Origin: Macrostomum lignano
Lineage: Eukaryota
DNA length: 64,000 bases
Direction: 5' to 3'
NCBI GenBank assembly: GCA_002269645.1
Contig: NIVC01001608.1
Location: 1 to 64,000, forward strand
Part shown: in pieces, positions 57,846-64,000 of the stretch
Numbering within the stretch: position 1 is the stretch's first letter
Layout: each line of letters starts with the position of its first letter
Translations under genes and position numbers: made by a program
The notes under the pieces: model-generated
Told to the model about the DNA's origin: nothing
Seen by the model: only the letters and a program-made list of their open reading frames with translations
Databases searched by the model: none

Positions 57846-58857
57846 ATCTGATGGTAGTCCTCGTGTCAGGTTTTTTGCACAATTATTGTGAAGTTTAATA
57901 TTGCTAAAACAAGACTACAAGCGTAACTCATACAATAAAATAACAAATAATGATAAGAGAACTATAAATGAATTGATATTGCAAAGTTACAAACATTGTG
58001 AAATGTAAATTTTTAGAGCTTTTTTAGTCTCAGTAGAATTGATATAAAACTGCTTAGAGATTTTCTACTGCAGAACTGCTTAGTGGTGCTTGCTCAGCGA
58101 CTGTGCAAAACTGCTTATAGATAAGCGCTAAACTGCTAAGAAGCCACCCGGAGGGGGGCTAAATGGCTAGTCCATCCAATATACTAAAAATGGTTTGTCG
58201 GTAGGTATCTATCTATGTGATCAATTAGAGAAAAAATGGCCCAACCAATTTTCTTTGAACTTGCACTGTTCGATCAGAAATTTTTCCGTGACGGTACATG
58301 CATCGTGGCTAAGAAATTGCTTGATGCTAAAGGGATTAAATATTCAAAAAACATGCTTTTTTGCAAAGGTCAAGCAGCTCTTTCGACTTGAAATGCATTG
58401 TAAGAATGCTAGAGAAAAAAACTGACTGGTTGAATTCTGATTCTGAAATAGATTGCATCACAATAAGCTTTTTATTTATCGTCAGTGTACTGGCTGAATT
58501 TTGACATTGAATTGAATTGCGTCACAGCGTTGAAAACGCAGTGTGGAAGCATACCACAATACTTGATTTACGAGTATATTGAGTAACCATATTGGTAACT
58601 TTATTAGAGACGGGTACTGACTTGCCTAAGAAATTGATTATATCATAACTGCTTTGTGTGACTTGTACTCTAACTGACTTGGTGTGAGTGTTGAATTATA
58701 AGTGCTACAAATTCACTTATAACTTCGATGAGAGCTAGCCTAGAGGTGAACAGACTCGACTGCTAATGTAGCGACCAGGGATTGAATTTTAGTAGTGTAA
58801 TAAAAGTAGTGTAATTTTGTTATTGAAAGCTTTTATTAAAAGGCTAATTAAAAAGAC

Positions 58858-59140
58858 CTGGATTACTGCACTTGATACACCAAGGGTTACTGCACTTGAT
58901 AGACCAATGATTACTGCACTTGATAAACCAAGGACTGCTGCACTTGATAAGCCAAGGATTACTGCACTTAATAAACCAAGGGTTACTGCACTTGATAAGC
59001 CAAGGATTACTGCACTTGATAAACCAAGGATTACTGCACTTGATAAACCAAGAATTATTGCACTTGATAAATAAAGGATTATTGTGCTTAATAAACCAAG
59101 GATTACTGCGCTTGATAAACCAAGGATTACTGCACTAGAT
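58858..59140. repeat. 24-nt minisatellite (ccaaggattactgcacttgataaa), decaying to about 59340
   Basis: 8-aa periodic ORF (ALDKPRIT). Confidence 0.9.
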
Positions 59141-59512
59141 TAGAAAGGGCTATTGCACTAACTGAGACAGATTTTTGGACTTGATGAGTAAAGGATTATT
59201 GCACTAGATGAGAAAATGATTACTTCACTAGCTGAGAAGCTGGTTATTGCGCTGTCTAAAAAAGAGATTATTGCGCCAGCTAAGAAGTGGATTGTTGCAC
59301 AACCTGAGAAAGCAATTATTGCATTAGCAGAGCACTAGCTACATGCTATCTGGTGGATGCTTGCTATCTGGCGGGATGCTTGCTATTTGGGGGATGCTTG
59401 CTCTTGAGGGGGGTATTTGCTATTTGGAAGAGGGGGGTACTGGCTACATGTATAGGATTGCGGTAGAGAAGCACTCTTAACTGATAATAGTAAGACAAAA
59501 CTCAATATTATT

Positions 59513-59550
59513 TGCGACGCGTTTCGGCTAAAACTAGCCATCTTCAGGCA
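59513..59550 (-). ncRNA. Minimal type I hammerhead ribozyme (3' arm copy)
   Basis: Reverse complement of 61491-61528. Confidence 0.8.
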
Positions 59551-59700
59551 CTATCGAACAGAATTTATTTCAACCTATTAAATACTGTGTAGACGACAAA
59601 ATCAGGTATTGAAAAGATATAAAAGGACTAAAGGATCAATGTACAGTATAGCAATGTTCATAATATTTTTTGTGGAAGGACAGGACAGAGAAAAAAAAAG

Positions 59701-59733
<33 letters not shown>

Positions 59734-61307
59734 GCGTATGCGCCCCAAATGTACTCTAGCTTAGAACACCGACAGCTGTTCACTCGCACCTCCTCCAGAT
59801 AGTTGGACATTGAGAGTGGGTTTGTGTAACTTAATGTGCAGAGCTTCAAGAATGTTAAGTTTATGCTCATTTTTGTTGTTGTCTATGACCTTGAAATGAG
59901 AGGTTATGTCTGGCTCATCACAACAACCATGGCATTGCAGCAAATGTTCATGAATCGGAGAGTTTCGTTGCCTATGTTCCTTGGCTCTCGTGAGTAGGTG
60001 TCGCTTGGTTTTACCAATGTAGGTAATGCTCTGGTCAACAGAGCAACGAAAACGATAGATGACACCTGCCTTGAGAGCACATGGAACACGAGACTTTAAA
60101 CTCCCAACAAATTGACTGACTTTATGAGTACGGAACACTACATGAATCTTAGTCTTAAAGAATTTTTGGCAAGTTTTGCGAATTTGCCTCTTAAACACAA
60201 TCGAAGAGTTGCCCAAAAAAGGAAGAGTCAAGATTGGTTCTCCTGGTTCTCTATCTGGCCGCTTAGGTTTAAGCTTTTTTTCAATTTTTTCATCTAAGAA
60301 ATTACCAATAACCTTCATGATGTAGTTGATAGGGTATCCATTGGCAGTGAGAATATTGATAATGTTGGTAAACTCGTTGTGCAGCAACGACCAAGAGCAA
60401 CATACTGTATAGGCACGATGAAGCAGACAACGAATGACTCCCGTCTTCCATTCCCTGGGGCACAACGCCTGGAAATTAAGCATCAATTTAGTGAATGTGG
60501 GCTTGCGATACACTTCGGTCTCAATAGTGCAGTCCTTCAGATGGATCTCGATGTCAAGAAACGGTAGTTTCTTTCCACCATATTCCACGGTGAATTTAAT
60601 GTTAGGATGGGTGGCGTTTATTGTGTTGAAAAATTGCAGAAAGTCTTCCTCGTTATCAAAAATAGCGCATGTGTCATCGACATACCGTTTGTAAAATTTC
60701 GGAGCACAGCTTTTTTCCATCCAGGTTTTCTCCCAATGTGACATGCAAACGTTAGCAAGAGTGGGGGCAAGAGGGCTGCCCATAGCGCAGCCGTCAATTT
60801 GCTGGAAGTACTTATCGCCGAATTGGAATATCCCAGACGTGGCAATAACCAACAATTTCTTAAACACTTTCTCCGGGATTGGTGGCGCTGGGTTGTCTTT
60901 GAAGACCAAATTGGTAGCAATGTCGATCGCCAGATTCAGCGGAACATTGGTAAATAGAGAGGTGACATCGAAGCTATGTCATCTATCGTTTTCGTTGCTC
61001 TGTTGACCAGAGCATTACCTACATTGGTAAAACCAAGCGACACCTACTCACGAGAGCCAAGGAACATAGGCAACGAAACTCTCCGATTCATGAACATTTG
61101 CTGCAATGCCATGGTTGTTGTGATGAGCCAGACATAACCTCTCATTTCAAGGTCATAGACAACAACAAAAATGAGCATAAACTTAACATTCTTGAAGCTC
61201 TGCACATTAAGTTACACAAACCCACTCTCAATGTCCAACTATCTGGAGGAGGTGCGAGTGAACAGCTGTCGGTGTTCTAAGCTAGAGTACATTTGGGGCG
61301 CATACGC

Positions 61308-61340
<33 letters not shown>

Positions 61341-61490
61341 CTTTTTTTTTCTCTGTCCTGTCCTTCCACAAAAAATATTATGAACATTGCTATACTGTAC
61401 ATTGATCCTTTAGTCCTTTTATATCTTTTCAATACCTGATTTTGTCGTCTACACAGTATTTAATAGGCTGAAATAAATTCTGTTCGATAG

Positions 61491-61528
61491 TGCCTGAAGA
61501 TGGCTAGTTTTAGCCGAAACGCGTCGCA
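61491..61528 (+). ncRNA. Minimal type I hammerhead ribozyme (inverted arm copy)
   Basis: tgc-CTGAAGA-t-ggcta(gttt)tagcc-GAAA-c-gc-GTC-gca: core, stem II, palindromic ACGCGT stem III, GUC cleavage triplet, 3-bp stem I. Confidence 0.8.
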
Positions 61529-61574
61529 AATAATATTGAGTTTTGTCTTACATGTATAGGATTCTTTCTATCCA

Positions 61575-61905
61575 GGGATGCTTGCTATTTAGGGATTCTT
61601 GCTATCTGCAGGATGCTTGCTATCTGGGTGGATGCTTCAACAATATCTGGGGGATGCTTGTATCTGGGTGGATGCTTCAACAATATCTGGGGGATGCTTG
61701 CTATCGGGTGGATGCTTCAACAATATCTGGGGGATGCTTGTATCTGGGTGGATGCTTCAACAATATCTGGGGGATGCTTGCTATCGGGTGGATGCTTCAA
61801 CAATATCTGGGGGATACTTGCTATTGGGTGGATGCTTCAACAATATCTGGGGGATGCTTGCTATCTGGGTGGATGCTTCAACAATATCTGGGGGATGCTT
61901 GCTAT
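61575..61905. repeat. 40/41-nt minisatellite (gggatgcttgctatctgggtggatgcttcaacaatatctgg); related decayed units at 59345-59420
   Basis: About 7-8 units; the same ggatgcttgctat core occurs on the other side of the Penelope insertion. Confidence 0.9.
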
Positions 61906-62192
61906 TTAGGGGGATTGTCTATTATCTTTGTGAAAGCTATATTTTGTTGTCTGTTTCTTAATTTTGGAAAATAAAGAGTCCGTGACAATTTTACATGAAT
62001 AATGTGATTTTTAAAAGTAAAGAAAGAATTGGATTTTAAGAAAATGTGCTGTTTTAATTGTTTTCCTTGAACTATTTTTGCTCCTTGCTTATTGGGCACC
62101 CCGAAGGGGGGCCGCACTAGATTGCTAGTTATAAACTTAAAGGAACAAATGCAAGAGCAGAAGGAGGGGCGGGGGAAAGGAAAGGAAAAAAC

Positions 62193-62532
62193 TGACATAA
62201 ATGTGGCCAGGATGGCCATATAAATATTTGCAATGAAAATGCCGATGCAGGGTGAAAACAGTGGGACAGAGAATGGGGCAACTGGCGGGTCAACCGGAGG
62301 AAAGAGAGCCCACGTGTAGGGTCAATGCAAGGATTCCCGCAGAAAATAGGTAAAACAAAAATTAAAACACAGGATGGGGCAACGAGGGGAACAGCCACGG
62401 GAACAGGGACAGGACCGGGGAAACAACCAAGGGGCAGGCCACGGACAGGGGACGGAACGGGAAAAGGGTTTCGCAGAAAGTTTATGCCAAAATGAACAGT
62501 CACAAAACTCCGTGGTAGACCGTACTACCACA
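62193..62532 (+). repeat. Dispersed repeat, copy 2 (possible LTR, TG..CA, preceded by a purine tract)
   Basis: 62309-62532 matches 48708-48961; purine tract at 62155-62191. Confidence 0.6.
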
Positions 62533-64000
62533 CTATTCCTACTATCTCTCAGTCCTGGGCATTCTCTGGATCAGAAGGTCATGGCTTTACGCGTTTTCCC
62601 TGCCTTGAGGCGATCTTTCCTATCCTAAGGCAGTTTTTCCTGCCCTGAAGCGGTTTATACCCTCTCCAAGGTTACTGCCCTGAGGCGATTCTTGTTTCTT
62701 AGCGGTCTTCTAGTAATACTCCCAATTTGGGGCTTTATACTCTAAGAAATAACTCAATTTGAACAACTGCTTATTAAATTTGCTTGAAGTCAAATGACAA
62801 TTCAAGAAGATGCCTTTCTTGGCCTGCTTCGGGGGCATTTTAATACCATATTTTCTAAGAAATAGATTGTTCGGGTACATACTACACTGCGTCAAAATTA
62901 AAGATGGAATTTTTGGAATTTTTGCTCACATTTCTAGCAAAATGGCACAAGTCTTAGACTTAGGCCTAAAGATTTATGTATATAAGTAGTAGGCTGGGTC
63001 ATTCCATGAAAGGGTCCCATCATATTTTTGAACTTTAAGTACTTATAACTTCTGAACCATAATAGATAGAACAAAACTGCAAAAAGTAATGCTTTTTGCA
63101 GTTTTGAGTGCCTCCCTCTAAGTGAAGCTTCTAAGCTTCTAAGTGAAGTGATGCTTTTTGTAGTTTTTGTAGTTTGTAGTTGCCTCCCTCTAAGTGAAGG
63201 TCTAGCTACGTCTACATTGCAATGTCAATTAGCATTTTTTGCTTGATACGGTTGTTCATTGCCACTTTTGCACAATGCCAAACATTTGTTCTTGACTTAC
63301 GACACCTTGAGCTTGTGGAATTCATCTGGTGATAACTTGGAGATGTCCAAGATGTCAAACTCAACATAGCCATTTATGGCAAATTGCAAGCCTATAGCGA
63401 CATGCACTAGGTTGCATAATACAGCTATTAGAACACCTAGGATATCTATTTGGAGCTCTAGAGGCCACATTGTGATTAGGCCTGTCAGAAAAATACAGTT
63501 GCACTGCACCACTCTGGCAAAGCCATCTGGCTGCAAATGCCTTCGACAATCCAATGGAGCATGTTCCAGCAAGAGCTAGAATAACATGTCTTAAAATAGA
63601 AAAGGCTACCTTAGACACTGGGCCTGCCTTAGCTTTTGGAACCATGCCACAGCCAAGGACAACTTGATAACTCAGGACCGGATACGGATACGCATACGCA
63701 TCCGCATACGGATGGGCCATAGAACAATGCTTTTAAACGAGCCTCATACTTTTTTCGCCATGAATTGGCTCGTTTCCGGTCCTGAGTTATCAAGTTGTCC
63801 TTGGCCACAGCTCCATCTAGACACCTAGCTCCATAGACAAAAAGGTGATCTAATATGCTAAGTAACCGCAATAGACTATGTGCCATTAGGAGTCAAAACT
63901 TTTTAGGGTGAGCACAGCCTCACATTACGAAATCTACAGTGCACGGTATTTCCAAGAGGAATTAGTGCGACTGACCAAATGAATGCCAGGGATTGCCTGA

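Larger units (their letters stand above)
59460..61551 (-). mobile_element. 5'-truncated Penelope-like retroelement (RT + GIY-YIG) with inverted pseudo-LTR arms
   Basis: Open frame 60978-59761: SFDVTSLFTNVP, QIDGCAMGSPLAP, YKRYVDDT, LPFLDI, YRKPT, GVIYRFRC..YIGKTKR..R.KEH, ILEALHIK..KP.LN. Arms 59490-60064 and 60977-61551 are reverse complements. catgtataggatt is duplicated at both flanks. Confidence 0.93.

Noticed and set aside
63297-63886. Possible transposase remnant (KDZ-like) or exon near the right edge
   Set aside because: Similarity too vague and frames broken; needs a profile search

Overview
Eukaryotic (metazoan) genomic DNA, not prokaryotic: GC-rich exons with GT..AG introns, AT-rich spacers and many tandem repeats. 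A flatworm-TAL-type EF-hand pair and the repeat-filled introns point to a free-living flatworm such as Macrostomum (inference, not proven). Most long ORFs in the track are repeat artefacts. From about 1 to 46 kb the window is gene-rich: WASP-like (minus, runs off the left edge, 1-nt frameshift inside its CRIB motif), UXT, a 10-exon SGK3-like PX+AGC kinase, a divergent PP1-like phosphatase with a Cys-rich insert, an EF-hand pair spliceable in frame to ribosomal protein eL6, a very divergent H2B, a phospholipid scramblase, a basigin-like Ig protein, and four intronless paralogs of a Tyr-rich single-pass membrane protein with PPxY tails. From about 46 to 64 kb it is a transposon/repeat island: a decayed Gypsy element, a young 5'-truncated Penelope-like element with 575-bp inverted arms, a target-site duplication and two minimal hammerhead ribozymes, plus possible LTR and Helitron remnants. 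Nearly every long intron is filled with its own private minisatellite. The strongest novelty candidates are the EF-hand::eL6 locus (a fusion, or an operon resolved by spliced-leader-donated AUG) and the Tyr-rich PPxY membrane family. All gene models were built by eye from splice signals and frame continuity, and none is expression-validated.
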